The translations under genes and the position numbers were made by a program. From positions 1,113,746 to 1,177,745 of the forward strand of contig CM061249.1 of the NCBI GenBank assembly GCA_022605425.2: a stretch of DNA of 64,000 nucleotides, written 5' to 3'. Positions 12,225 to 24,490 of this stretch are shown here, piece by piece. The notes under the pieces were generated by a model. It saw only the letters and a list, made by a program, of their open reading frames with translations, was not told where the DNA came from and searched no databases. Position 1 is the stretch's first letter. Every line of letters begins with the position of its first letter. The stretch is from Hamiltosporidium tvaerminnensis FI-OER-3-3. Lineage: Eukaryota; Fungi; Microsporidia.

Positions 12225-13835
12225 ATGCCATATTTAGTAAATATGTTCGTTCTGTATTTATATTTTTTAAATTTCATTTTGGCCATGTTTTATAAAAAAC
12301 AATTACTGAGTTTTATATATTTGCTGTGTTCTGTTCTAAGTAAAAAGAAAAAGAGAGTATTAAACAAAATACAAGGATCAAAAGAAGTTAATACATCATG
12401 TGACGATAATAATACCGTTCATATTTATTTCCAAAACACACCCAAATGTATGATGAATTGTGCCATATATTATGAGCCACGACTAGAAGCGTTTTTTAAA
12501 ATTTCCAGAGAATTTTTCGATAATAGCTCACATACGAAAACAATGAATCAAGCTTTAAATAATCTCAACACTGAAATCATAAAAGGTGAAAAAATCTTCT
12601 ATACGACTCATGAAATATATGTGATGCATTATAAGAACTGTCTAGATGTGTTTGAAGGTAAGTTATTAGGCCTGTTTGAGAGTTGGGTACCTTTGAGACT
12701 TCCCGAAAAATCGACTATAATAAAGATGCTAGGCTCTATCAAAAGCTCATTGAAAAGCCAAAATTCAATAAGCAAACTAAATGCTGATGAAACATTGAAT
12801 AAAATAAAACTTGTCTCGAATAAAAACTCCAAAAAAATGATTGAAATATTCAAAGGGATTTTAGAAAACAAAAATTTCGAACAATTTGTTTTTTACCAAC
12901 TCACTCTTTTTTATGATTACTTTTTTTCCTTGAAAATTTTACCTTGTAGTGATTTTTTAACAATAGACTACATGCTTCATTCGAAAAAATTGCCGAGTAT
13001 AGATGAAGAGGCCATAAGATCTGCAACATATTTAAAGGAAATTAAAGAGGTTTATTGTGCAAATAAATGGAATTATTCGCTTTATGAAATAAAAAAAGAA
13101 AGCGAAGCTATTGGTATCAGCGAGAAAAATAGCGCTATATCAAACGGATTATCAGGATTTAGAAAATACATTTTTAGAGATTTCAAATTTCCTTTTGATA
13201 GTGAAAGATCTTCCACATTAGGCATTCTGAATCGAGAGAAGTCAATAATATTTTTTAACAATGAATTTCCTGATTATATATTTCCCGATAAAAATATTTT
13301 TCCTAGCGATCCGGTGATTCCAGATTTTGGAACTTTAAATAAATTTAAGAGGGCAAATATTAGTATAATTTTAGAATCAGAATATTTGATAATCATCTTT
13401 ATAAAAGATTATATCGAAAAATTCGGAGAAGAGTGTTTTTATTTGAATTTTAGCCTGGAAAATATTTTTAACGAAAATTCGGAAAATAGAAAAATTTTAA
13501 ACAATGTCTTTTCTTCAATTCAAAAAATAGAACCAATAAATAGTGAAATATCTGAAAATCTTTATATTACATTATCTCATATTACAGTGGATGTTCACAT
13601 TGCCTTTGCATTTTATAAATTGGATACAAGACTCTTTTCTTTTGTTCAAAATGAAATATTGTCAGTCATAAACTCTTCAGACTTAAAAGAAAAAGTAAAA
13701 GAGAAAATTTTTATTCATCCGGATATATATTATGTCTTTTTTGATTTATATAAGTTATGCTTTAAAAAAGCAACAATTAAATATAAAGCTTTGAGGCAAA
13801 TCAAAGATATCAGCTTCATGGATTTGAGTGGTTAA
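12225..13835 (+). CDS. Secreted-protein family copy B (536 aa, lineage-specific); true start may be Met21 (MFYKKQLLSFIYLLCSVLS signal peptide)
   Basis: Long ORF. The first ~61 aa are nearly identical to copy C. The rest is divergent but keeps AIYYEPRLEAFF, NGLxGFRK, KIEPxNxEIS, VDVHIxFxxYKLDxRLF and VFFDLYKxCF. Confidence 0.88.
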   Translation: MPYLVNMFVLYLYFLNFILAMFYKKQLLSFIYLLCSVLSKKKKRVLNKIQGSKEVNTSCDDNNTVHIYFQNTPKCMMNCAIYYEPRLEAFFKISREFFDNSSHTKTMNQALNNLNTEIIKGEKIFYTTHEIYVMHYKNCLDVFEGKLLGLFESWVPLRLPEKSTIIKMLGSIKSSLKSQNSISKLNADETLNKIKLVSNKNSKKMIEIFKGILENKNFEQFVFYQLTLFYDYFFSLKILPCSDFLTIDYMLHSKKLPSIDEEAIRSATYLKEIKEVYCANKWNYSLYEIKKESEAIGISEKNSAISNGLSGFRKYIFRDFKFPFDSERSSTLGILNREKSIIFFNNEFPDYIFPDKNIFPSDPVIPDFGTLNKFKRANISIILESEYLIIIFIKDYIEKFGEECFYLNFSLENIFNENSENRKILNNVFSSIQKIEPINSEISENLYITLSHITVDVHIAFAFYKLDTRLFSFVQNEILSVINSSDLKEKVKEKIFIHPDIYYVFFDLYKLCFKKATIKYKALRQIKDISFMDLSG

Positions 13836-15169
13836 TAAAAAAAATATTTTTTTGAATTTTTAAATTTGATAACTTATTTGTCATTTTCTTTTTGAAAGTC
13901 TTTTTGCTCAAATAAAAGTTTTGTTTTTTATAATGTTTACAGTATAAATATATAAAAATATTTGGAATTATTCAAACTTTCTATGCGAAAAATTAAAAAA
14001 TATATAAGTAAAGTAAATAAAGAAGAGATAATCTAAAGCGAATGTCCCTAAAATACAGCTTGCGGACAAATTTATTAGGATCGCCACAATTTTTTAAGTT
14101 TAAAACAAACTAATATAATATAAATAGATTATGCAAAGATATATTACAATTATATATAATTTTTATTACGAATTTGTAATATAAAAAAAAATATTTAGCT
14201 GACAAATTCTTTTAACACCAATTAAGTTTATTAATTATTTTATTCTAAAAATGTAAGTCGAAATTACAGAAAATATGAGGTATAATTTATTTATAATAAG
14301 ATTGATGAAGTTGAGTTTTTTCTTTAAAATTTTTTAAAGTTATGGATTAAATTTACTTGCGTAAAATATTAATAATGACTTCAACATTCAAACTGTTAAT
14401 TTATATAAGTAAATATTTTTGTACCTTTCATTTTAGAGAATAAACTTCACATGGTTCGGCAGTACGAAAGCGAGAACAAACACTCTAGCAAATTTATGAA
14501 TTTTATTGAGCTTTGTAGATGAAAATCTCTATAAAGTATAGTGATCAATTTGAATATTTATATTTAAAAATATCATATGGATTCATTTATATTTTTTTTG
14601 AAAATCTTTATACGTTCACATTTACTCTAAAAAAATAAATAAAATAGAGGAAGAAATACTTTTTCTGGTTAGTATAAATTTTTAGTTTTCTGCACTCAAT
14701 ACATTTTACAGGAGGCAATGTAACCGCGAGGTAATATTTGGCGGCTCTTGATCTTAAGAGTAGAATGGCATGTTGTAGCAAAATGAACTAAGTTCTAATC
14801 TGGGTGAATTAATTTAATATATTAATGTATAGAGATTTAACTTATAAGGCAACTCAAAGTGGTTCAAATACTGAATAAAGATTAGACATATATCTAAAGA
14901 TGATAGGATTTCGTTGTTAGTTAAAATCGAGTAAAAGGATAGGTCCACAAAAGCAAGAAACTTCTTACAAATAAAACGTCTTTATATTTTTGAGCTAATT
15001 AAAAATCGAAAAAATTTCAAATTTTAAGCAAACACTTGCAAAAGTTATATTGTCTTAACGGTGTTACATTGTTATAAGTTTAAGTTATATAGCCGATTCT
15101 TCAACACAGCATCGCTATCTCATAAGATACTCACATTCCAAAGATTTCCATTTGAGGTGGGATAAATCA

Positions 15170-15640
15170 ATTAAATAGTCGAGACAATTGCGGAGTGTTC
15201 AAAATTTTCGTTTTCTTGTATTGTCATAAGATTTATACTCCCATTAGGCATTGCGAAATCAGCAGCATTACCTTTTTCTCTACACCTTTTGCATCAAATA
15301 AACCACCAGATAAGATTTAATACTGCCCATTACATGAGCCCCATATATGTTGCGCTGTTAAATCAACAGATTTAATGCGCTATTTAGCAATCTTGGTATT
15401 TTATTGGTTATTTTTTTTGAACTTTTCTCGAAAGTCTCAAAAATATTTGGGAAAAGCTAGGTTAATATTCTTTTGCACAGGACTTCTAATGATTAGCCGT
15501 GGCTTCTAACCTATTTACATGAAAAACTACAAATTTCTTTATAAAAAGAGTTCACTATTTGTAGATTCTATTCTTATACAAAACATCATAGATCTGACGA
15601 TAATTTAATGTAGTTTTCGGCCCATAAAAAATCAAGCAAT
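15170..15640 (-). repeat. Highly degenerate copy of the structured repeat
   Basis: aatagtcgagacaattgcggagtgttc resembles aataggcgaggcagttgcctggtgttc; gctaggtt and aaaaactacaaat occur in the expected order. Confidence 0.55.
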
Positions 15641-16579
15641 GCCTTTAATATTACTATTAATTTCCTCTAATCATGTCTAAACAGAAAGATTTTAATGTAG
15701 TCTCTATCACTATAGAAAATCTAAAAATATAAAATTTAGTATTTTAAAAATGAGATATAGATGTTTTTCTATTTAAACCCAATATATTTGAAGTAATATT
15801 AAATATATTGTCAGTTCCTTTGATTTTTCACTTTTTATTTGACTCGTTCTTTGGATTCATATTATTTACTTTAGATATTCTAGATTCACCATTAAGTCTT
15901 TTTGGTAAGAAATTAGGAGTTAAATATTTTTAGAGTTTGTTTGTTTTATACATTCTTCTATATTAGAGCATTATATCCGAGATAAGGGCTATTCTTCCAT
16001 CCCTACTTCTTGAGTGGGTGATTTACGTCTTATCCAATTATTATCTGGCTCTAATCATGACTATTTTTCAATCAAACGAAACAGTTCCGACTGTCATCTA
16101 AAGTACTAATAACTGTAACATGACATTATTTTAAGGTATTGATTACTCTTAAAACACCTCATATATTATTTTGTAACAATACATCTCAAGTTATCCCCAA
16201 TATAATATATCTCTAACATAATATTTTAATAGAAAAGCAAACTTATTTCTCAACTATTCGTATTTATTTTTATCAATGGTAAAAAAAAATGAAGTCTTTT
16301 TCTGAGTAATTTCGATTCTTTGATCCTAGTATTATCTAATTTCTTATCAAAACATATATCAGGTTTAATACCGAATTAAGGTAACACCATTTATTCTTGT
16401 ATCTACTCTATTTATTAATTATCATTCCCCATAAACTTCATTGGGTTTTTGCTTTTTGTGTACGAAGCAATAAAAAAGCCTATATAAACCATAAAAAATA
16501 TTGAAATGAAAGCCTTAGTAAATCGTAATAGTAATCAAATTAACTTAAAACTCTCTAAAAACCTAAATTTAAACCAACT

Positions 16580-16760
16580 TAAAATAAATTATGAAAAATA
16601 AAATTATGAAAAATAAAATAATAAAAGACAAAATCATGAAAAATAAAATCATATAAAATCATGAAAGAAAAAATAATAAAAGACAAAATCATATAAAATC
16701 ATGAAAATAAAGATTAAGAAATGTAAAAATATATGAATAAAAATGATAAAAAACAAAAAT
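16580..16760. repeat. A-rich imperfect minisatellite (aaatcatgaaaaataa-like units) downstream of HAP2
   Basis: Repeated aaattatgaaaaata, aaatcatgaaaa and aaaagacaaaatcat units. Confidence 0.7.
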
Positions 16761-16790
16761 TATAAAATGTAAATTTCTTTATTTTTCTAT

Positions 16791-17450
16791 TTATAAATTA
16801 CCATTATTTTTCATTCTCTGTTCTGCTGCTTCTTCTTTCGTTAGAAAACGACCCGATGGTGCTCTTAATCTATTCATTGCATGTCTATGTCTACTTTCAT
16901 GTAAATAGCCAGCTTTATTTTTAGTCTTCATTAAAGAATCTAAATAATCTCTTCTAAGTTTTCTTTTCTTAATAGTATTATATTGATGTACGTTAACGTA
17001 TAGAGGCTGTTCTCCATTTCCTTCAAAAAGAAAAGAATTTTCAAAATTCGTATAATATTGGTCGGGAGTAAAATATTTTATATCCGGGTTGTTCTTTCCT
17101 TGTGCATCGTAGGGATATTCGTTTTCGCTGTAAGTATAAGGAATTGGGTATTCCTGTCGTTTATCGTCTTGAAATTCTGTCCTGTATTTATTAAAATCTT
17201 CTGGCCGGTGAGAAAATTCTTGTCTTTTGTCTTCGGAATAATTTTGTCTAAATTTATACGGATCTTCTCGCATTTGAAACAAAATGTCCCGAGAATTTGT
17301 ATGTGTATCTCCTTCATACTTGCTTTGTAACATATTTCGTGTATCTTTGTATATTTCTGGTGGTGTGCCTAATGGATTACCGTATCTATCGATAAGTATT
17401 TTGGGATTTTCGTCGTTTTGCATTGTTTTACTCTTTTTGATATCTTTCAT
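16791..17450 (-). CDS. HAP2: CCAAT-binding factor subunit HAP2/NF-YA
   Basis: C-terminal CBF-B/NF-YA domain: QPLYVNVHQYNTIKKRK...YLHESRHRHAMNRLRAPSGRFLTKEE. First ATG is at 17450; the ORF track starts at a TTG at 17498. Confidence 0.93.
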   Translation of the reverse strand: MKDIKKSKTMQNDENPKILIDRYGNPLGTPPEIYKDTRNMLQSKYEGDTHTNSRDILFQMREDPYKFRQNYSEDKRQEFSHRPEDFNKYRTEFQDDKRQEYPIPYTYSENEYPYDAQGKNNPDIKYFTPDQYYTNFENSFLFEGNGEQPLYVNVHQYNTIKKRKLRRDYLDSLMKTKNKAGYLHESRHRHAMNRLRAPSGRFLTKEEAAEQRMKNNGNL

Positions 17451-17587
17451 CTTGTTTTTATATTTTTTGTTATTTTCTTTTGTGAAATTGTGTTTCAAAA
17501 TCGATTATGGTGGTTTATCGTTGGACTTTTATTGGAGAAAAAAAAGGAGAAAAGAATGATAAGAAGACGAGTAGAATATAATATTAA

Positions 17588-18380
17588 AAGGGGTGTTAAT
17601 TGATTGATCTATTACACAGTGTTAAAGGGGATATCAAATAAAGGGTAGTACAATAAAATGTAAGGGGTGTTAATCATAGTAATAGTATTTTAAGGGTAAG
17701 AGGTGTTAGTATTAACAGTATTATTTGAAAGGGTAAGAGGTGTTAATCATAGTAATAGTATTTTTTAAGGTAAGAGGTGTTAATCATAGTAATAGTATTT
17801 TAAAAGGTAAGAGGTGTTAATCATAGTAATAGTATTTTTAAGGGTAAGCTTAAAGAATAGTCTTTAAAGATAGAAAGTGTTAAATTAAAGAAAATATTTA
17901 CAATTAGTAAAAGGGGTGTTAAACAAATAAATCTCCTTTTATAATATGTCGATTATTAACACCCCTTTAATTTAAAATACATAATCAAAACCATTATCGT
18001 GACAGAAATGACATGTTTTAAAAAAGATAGTCTTAATTAAAAAAGGGGTGTTATTAGAAAGAGGATAGAATTGGAATTTCATAATAATAACACCTCTTAA
18101 AACAAAGTATTTTTAACACCCTTTATTTGCAGTAAATATTACACTCTAACCAACACCCTTTATTTATACTGAAATATTATCTTTTAATCAACACCCTTTA
18201 TTTATACTGAAATATTATCTTTAAACCAACACCCTTTATTTACAGTAAATATTGTCTACTAATTAACACCCTTTGTTTACAGTAAAATATTCTACTATAA
18301 TTAACACCTATTAAAATAGTATATTTTTAACCCCCTTTATTTACACTTTACCTTATCCTCTATTTAACACCCCTTTATTT
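17588..18380. repeat. GGGTGTT/AACACCC minisatellite arrays (~36-38-bp period) with a polarity switch near 17930-18090
   Basis: (g/a)ggtgttaatcatagtaatagtatttt units at 17660-17850; aacaccctttattta units at 18090-18380. Confidence 0.85.
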
Positions 18381-18401
18381 CCCTATAATTTCCTTAAAAA
18401 T

Positions 18402-19454
18402 TTACCTTAAATAAGAAAAAGATTCATGCTCAAAATTTTCCTCCGCCTTCCAAAATGTAAGAATATTATCAGAAGAACCCGTAACAAAATATTTTTCATC
18501 CTTTGAAACTGAAAAATGAATAACCCTATTTTTATGACCATAAAATATTTTTTTTACTCTTAAAGTTGGTGCCTGTGAAATTCTAGCATCGTTCTGTGAA
18601 TATCCATGTGTACTTATAACTGTATTATTTCTTGTCCAATACAAATTACATATTTGAGAATTATAATCTACTGTTTTGACAGGTGAATTATTTATATTCA
18701 TAGTGTTCCACATTTTAATACTTTTATCTGCTGTTCCACCCCCACTTAAAAGTAAAGAAGGTTTTATTGGTGACCATGCTATTGCTTTTACAGCTGCTTT
18801 ATGTTCGGTGTATTTGTGAAAATAATTATTTAAATTTCTTGTATCGTAAACAAATAATTTGTTATCATTTCCTCCTGAAGCTATAAATTTTTTGTTTTTA
18901 CTTATTTTTAAACCACAGACTTCTTGTTGGTGAAAAGTTAAAACATCTGGACTGTCTTCTATTCTTATATCCATATTTTTAATTGTTCTATCTCTACTGC
19001 CTGTAATTATTCTATTTTCGTCCCATTCTATTACTCCTATCCTAGATTTGTGTTGTTGGTAATTTTGTATTTTTTGAGTTGAAATATCTAAAATATTTAA
19101 AATTCCTGTTGAAGTACCAATAGCTACGGTATTTCCCTTATCATTAAATTTTACTGAAGTAACCATCAAACCATTTAAAGAATATAAAAGTGTATTTTTT
19201 GAAGAATAATAATTAAAAAGGTAAATTCTGTTTTCTACAGCATAAAGAATATAATTGTCTGACCAATCTACCAAATTAGAATAAAAATCATCTGCTAGTC
19301 CTGGTACTGTTAGTTTACGAAGTGGTTGTGTATAAATTTTAGGTTCCTTAAGGGATTCCTTATAGTTGATAAGAATATCAGTGTTTGGTGGATTTTCTTT
19401 GGTAAAAAATTCTATGCACGAAAATCTGTTGAATTTTTTTGAGTTTCTGTGCAT
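18402..19454 (-). CDS. CDH1: APC/C activator WD40 protein, Cdh1/Cdc20 (fizzy-related) family
   Basis: PGLADDFYSNLVDWS, HQQEVCGL, ASGGNDN, HKAAVKAIAWSP, SGGGTAD, QICNL, THGYSQN; C-box-like NRF and C-terminal LR (IR-tail). CDH1 versus CDC20 assignment is tentative. Confidence 0.92.
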   Translation of the reverse strand: MHRNSKKFNRFSCIEFFTKENPPNTDILINYKESLKEPKIYTQPLRKLTVPGLADDFYSNLVDWSDNYILYAVENRIYLFNYYSSKNTLLYSLNGLMVTSVKFNDKGNTVAIGTSTGILNILDISTQKIQNYQQHKSRIGVIEWDENRIITGSRDRTIKNMDIRIEDSPDVLTFHQQEVCGLKISKNKKFIASGGNDNKLFVYDTRNLNNYFHKYTEHKAAVKAIAWSPIKPSLLLSGGGTADKSIKMWNTMNINNSPVKTVDYNSQICNLYWTRNNTVISTHGYSQNDARISQAPTLRVKKIFYGHKNRVIHFSVSKDEKYFVTGSSDNILTFWKAEENFEHESFSYLR

Positions 19455-20569
19455 AAAATGTTTTTGTTTTGTAAATTTTTTATTTTTTTATATTTTTGTT
19501 TTGTAAACAAAACAACAGATAAATTAAAATTTGTTTTAAATGCCAAAGATTAGAAGTAAATAGTTTAAAGGATTTAAATGTATTTAAAAAGAAGGGGTAA
19601 TTTGATTCGTTGTAGGTTTAAAGATGGAGGGAAGTGAATTGGTTTTTTTAGTTTGGAGTTTTGGAAATTTTTATTGAGAGAAAATTGGGGTCAGGTATTG
19701 GATAGTGTGGGTTTTAAAAATTGTTTGAGGCATTAAAAAATTGAAGAAAAAATTTAGATTGGTTCAGAATTTGATAAGTTAAAGTTTATTGTGTTGAGGT
19801 AAAAGAGGAATAGAAAATTTGAATTCTTAAATTCAGTATAATTTTAAAGGAATAACTTTAAAGAATATTTGAGTGACTATTGTTAGAGAAATACGACAAC
19901 TCGAATTCTTGGATCCAGTATGGTTTTTATTGAATAATTTTGAAGAATGATAAGTGATTATTGATTGAAAAAAGTTTGAATAAATGAAGTCAGAATATTA
20001 TAGATTAATAAGGTATGATGGCTTTGATTTTTAAAAAAGCGGTATAATTCTAAGAAAAATGATTATTATAATTTCTAAGCAATTATAAGATAGAAAAAAT
20101 TCTAATGTTTATAACGTATGTTCTTAAACTGTCTGATAGTTTAAATAAGTCTTGTTTTTAATCTTATTTCAATCTTTAAAGGTAATTTGACTTGAAATGC
20201 TTGATTTTATCAAAATTATACATTTCAAATAATTGAACACAAATTGTAGAGAAAAATGCGTATTTAGAGTTCGTTATATTTATCGGCTTAAACTGGTATC
20301 TAAGTTATAATTCATATTTACTGACTTTTATATATATTTTTGTTTCTAAAATCGGAGTTGTAGTTGCTTTTAAGGATTTTATATAGTCTGACAATTAGCT
20401 TTGTGTTTTTTATGGATATTGAAAGGTTTATAACGAATAATTTTTTTGCGGATGCAATATGAACAATTACTTGCGTTTTTCATTAGATATAATTGTCAAA
20501 GTAGGGTTTAATATTTGATTAAAACGCAATATAGTAAAGAAAATAGCAGATTGAAGATAATTTACTTAA

Positions 20570-21030
20570 AAATATTACATTTTTAAAAAAAAGAAGGCAC
20601 GAGTTGTATGTTTTGGTGACATTAACGCAGTTCAGGTTTAAAAGATAAATTCACACTCTAACAATCTATCAGTATCCTCTATAATACCTAAATTTCCAAG
20701 GCTTTCTATCCAAAGATGTGTAAACTTATTAAATGAGCATGAAATTTTCTCTGATTCGTTGATTTTTGTTACTTGGTGTGTGATCGATTTAGAAACCGGT
20801 TTTGATATCTTACAAGACCAGCAAGATTCTTATTTAATCTAAACTTTCTTAAAAAAATATACTTTAGTTAAGATATTTCAAGATAAGTTACATTTGAATC
20901 ACTTGGACTTTAAAATGTCATACCAATAGGTATAATTTGCTACTTAGTATTCCTGGATTTTAGAAGTTATGTTCTTTCTATTTTTCAGGCACGTCATGTT
21001 CAGTTCAAGTATGCGAGCCTAGGATACAAG
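20570..21030 (-). repeat. Degenerate copy of the structured repeat (3' portion)
   Basis: gacattaacgcagttc, tccaaggctttc, gtgtgatcg, taagatatttc and aatgtcataccaataggtataa occur in order. Confidence 0.8.
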
Positions 21031-22278
21031 GATTATTTGGTGCAAGAAATAAAAATATATTAAATTTGAATTAAAAGAACATAGGCTTGCTATAGAAGAT
21101 ATTTTATCAGAAAAATGCTTGTTTTGAATCTATTCTTATAAATAATAGTAATTATGGTGTGTAATCTTTATTTTAATTGTGACATAGAAGTTCAATTACA
21201 TTAGTACAGTTCAAATTATGAGTGCATATAATATTATTCTCGTCGAATCTATTTAAATTATGTAGCTTTGATTACTCAAGTTAAGTTTCATTTGCAGAAA
21301 AAAAATATATTTTTTAAAAAGATTGCGATCACGAGCCGCCAAATATATTATTCTGTATCAGAAATATCCTTCACTATATTATAAAGGGTAAAATACAACA
21401 AATCATTTAATATTTATATTCACTTAAACGAATATAGTGTTTGGTAAATAAGCTTAAGCTAAAATTTAAAAATAAATATTTAATGATTTTTAATTAGAGT
21501 AAATTAACTCAAATTTAAATAAAGATAATCACGTTAATAAAATATGTTCCTAATCCTATAAAATTACTGATAAAAAATTATTCGAAACCAAATTGAATAC
21601 TAAAATGTAATCTCTTACGACTTAACGACATTTTAGGCGAATTTTCATTCGACGGTCGATTTTTGCTAATATTTTTAGTCTTTGGGGAAAATATGTCAAG
21701 CCTAACTTTGTAAAAAATAATCTTAATGATATAAATCTGCTTAAAAATTTCAGATATTAGGAAATCTATTTCCAATCCGATGCTCATTTAAAAGATATTT
21801 TTGGTGAAAAGATTCATCGTAATCAAGTTGAACAACTTATGTTAAATAAAACAAACAGATTGAGATCACCTAGCAAACAATTTTATGTATAGTTGAGATT
21901 CATTTAACATTATTTTAATCATTTTGTAAAAATACAAACGCGCAGGTTCTTAGGAAACATCGGATTTGAGAAAGACTATAGCGGATGTTATTTTTTTAAG
22001 AAAAGTGAATGTTGCAAACATCATATTCATTAGATCAAAATAGTCTATAAAAAGACATTTTTGCATGCCGTTCTGAGTAAACACATATATAAATTTGTTA
22101 ATATGTAAAAAAATTCAAACCATAGTTACAACGGAATAGATTTTCTATGCTTTAAAAAAATATATTAAAAAATTATTTATGCATTATTTTCAAAAGATTC
22201 GATGGCAATTTTGTACAAGCATAGGTAACCTCATTTTGTTTTAATATTTGTCTAGTATTCTACAAAACCAATAGCTTT

Positions 22279-22987
22279 ATATAAAAGTATCACATCTTTA
22301 AAACAGTGGCAAGTGTTATAGTTATTTTCACGACATTAACTCAGTTCTAGGTTTAACATAAATAACTGCTACCTAACACTCCTTCAAGTCCCCTTACGAT
22401 ACCTACATCTCAAAGTCTTTCATCTATCAGGTGTATTGAACCAAATTAATAGGCGAGCCAGTTGTCTGGAGTACGATAATTTCCGTTGCATGGAGTGTGA
22501 TCGGAAACCCGAAGTTCGTCTTGCCCCCCCTCCCAAGACTATGCCGCCTTCCTGCTTACTTTAAACCTACCGATCCCAATAAACTTATAGCTAAGATATA
22601 TCTCGAAGGCTTACATGGTATCCACCTAGACAGAGCAATATCATACTAACAGGTATAACCTGCTACTTAACTCCTCCGGATTTTAAGGGTTGATATTTTT
22701 ATATCTTTAAGGCGCTAAGTCTTCTAACCCGAATGAGTAAGGCTAGGTTTCCATGCTATTACATGGCAATTGTCTACATATTCAGCCGCGGTCTGCAATC
22801 TAGTTGCATAAAAAACCACAAATGAATTTGTAGAAAAGGTTCCGCCATTTCGTAGACTTCTCCTCCTCATACAAACACCCATGGAATAACCGAAGATGTA
22901 ATGTGGTTTTATTCTCACCAATAATCCAAAAAATGATCTTCACGGCAGTATCACACATTTATTGCCATGTAGAAAGTTTTTTTATGT
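22279..22987 (-). repeat. Near full-length copy of the structured repeat
   Basis: Colinear with 40541-41255 from aaaagtatcacatcttt to agaaagttttttttatg. Confidence 0.93.
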
Positions 22988-24490
22988 TTTATCGATTCTC
23001 CACCAAGTATTCTACGAATACGTATGAGCAATAATAGTAAGTAAACGATAGAGACGGTAAGAAAAAGTAATATTTGGATATTTTTATTAGATTTTCGGAA
23101 AGGAATCTGCAAAATAAAAGAATAGATTGAAAGCTACAATTTGTCAATTTTTCGTATGCTTTAAATGTACCGAGCACATCAGGCCATAAGCATGGTAAAA
23201 TTTCCAAAAAGGAATTGTTCTGGTCAAGAATAGGTTGTTTTAAATGTATTATTCAAAATGTTGGGGAAATTTGAAGCTTTATAGTTGATAAAAATTCTTT
23301 AAATCGTTAAAAAATACCATTTATGATTAATATGCTCAAGATTTGAACTTCAAAAAACAAGAAAATCAAAAAAGCAAACACAATATTATTATATCGCGCT
23401 CTTTTGATTTCGGATAGAATTTTAAAAAAGCTAGTGGGTGTTTTCACAAGCCTTTCTCGGTATCAAGATGTACATGTAGCATGTAAGAAAATAGGAGTAA
23501 GAAACGCCAAGTTTGTCTAGAATTAGACACAGTAAATGCAATTCCTCCATATAATAGTATAGAAAAGGTAGAAAGTTAAAGAATACCTCCGCCAGAGATA
23601 AGATTTGTTCTACTCTTCCGGCCCAGGCCCCGATAGAGGTGAGGATTAGGCATAGGGCCAACACTCATATCTCACAAAACCATATCGTTACGAAACCGAA
23701 ACATAATAATATAAATTAGGAAGACCGTCAAGAAGCCCTGGTTCTTTAAGAGCTGTAACGCCGGTTAGTAGTAGTAGAAAATAAAAGAATAGTTGTATTT
23801 TTTATATTGAAAAATACTTCACAAAGTTTTTTTTCAAAAAGTAAGAACTAAGAATTTTGTTTGTATGCAACCGGTGGAAATATAATTATTTTTATATTAA
23901 TAATTATCATTTGGTCGAGAAGTATTTAAATATAGCAAGACGAGTTTCTAAATATATTCACTATTTTAGTTTCTAAGATTAGGATTTCTGGTTCTCCGTG
24001 TATTCAAATGCTTCAATTATTTTATACACTTTTTTTTCTCCTTGTTTGTATTTATTAGAATAAGAAAATATGTATTAAAGGAATCAGAAAAGCGGGTAAA
24101 AGAAAGATGTGATGTAAATATATCCATGAAAAGCAATAATAACACTCAGTTTTTGTTTTAAGGTTTTTGAAATAATATTTTGTAATGTGGAAAGCTTACG
24201 GATAAACAAATTATCATCTTCTTTAGAAAACAATTCTACGAAAATTTGAGCTGTATGATCATAATTTAATTGTGGTATATATCCTTCTTTAATCTATATT
24301 ATTTCTGTAATTCGTATTAATTGCTAAAATTAATTGTGTTTTAAAACCAAATACAAATTTACCATTATATAGGGAAGAAAATGAATATTTTTGACAATTA
24401 AATATTTTAAAACTACGTTATCGAATTTGAATGCAGAAATTACAAATCAAAAAACAATATTAATATTAAAATTTAAGAAAATGATAATTT

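Noticed and set aside
17058-17603. Overlapping ORFs here, plus 12629-12871, 31112-31357, 33981-34205, 39651-39971 and 42487-42714
   Set aside because: Antisense or alternate-frame shadows of real genes or TE ORFs.
22720-22735. CTAACCC in the repeat as a possible telomerase RNA template
   Set aside because: It is only 7 nt, lies on the strand opposite the one favoured by folding, and is altered in the 40541 copy (CTAACTC).
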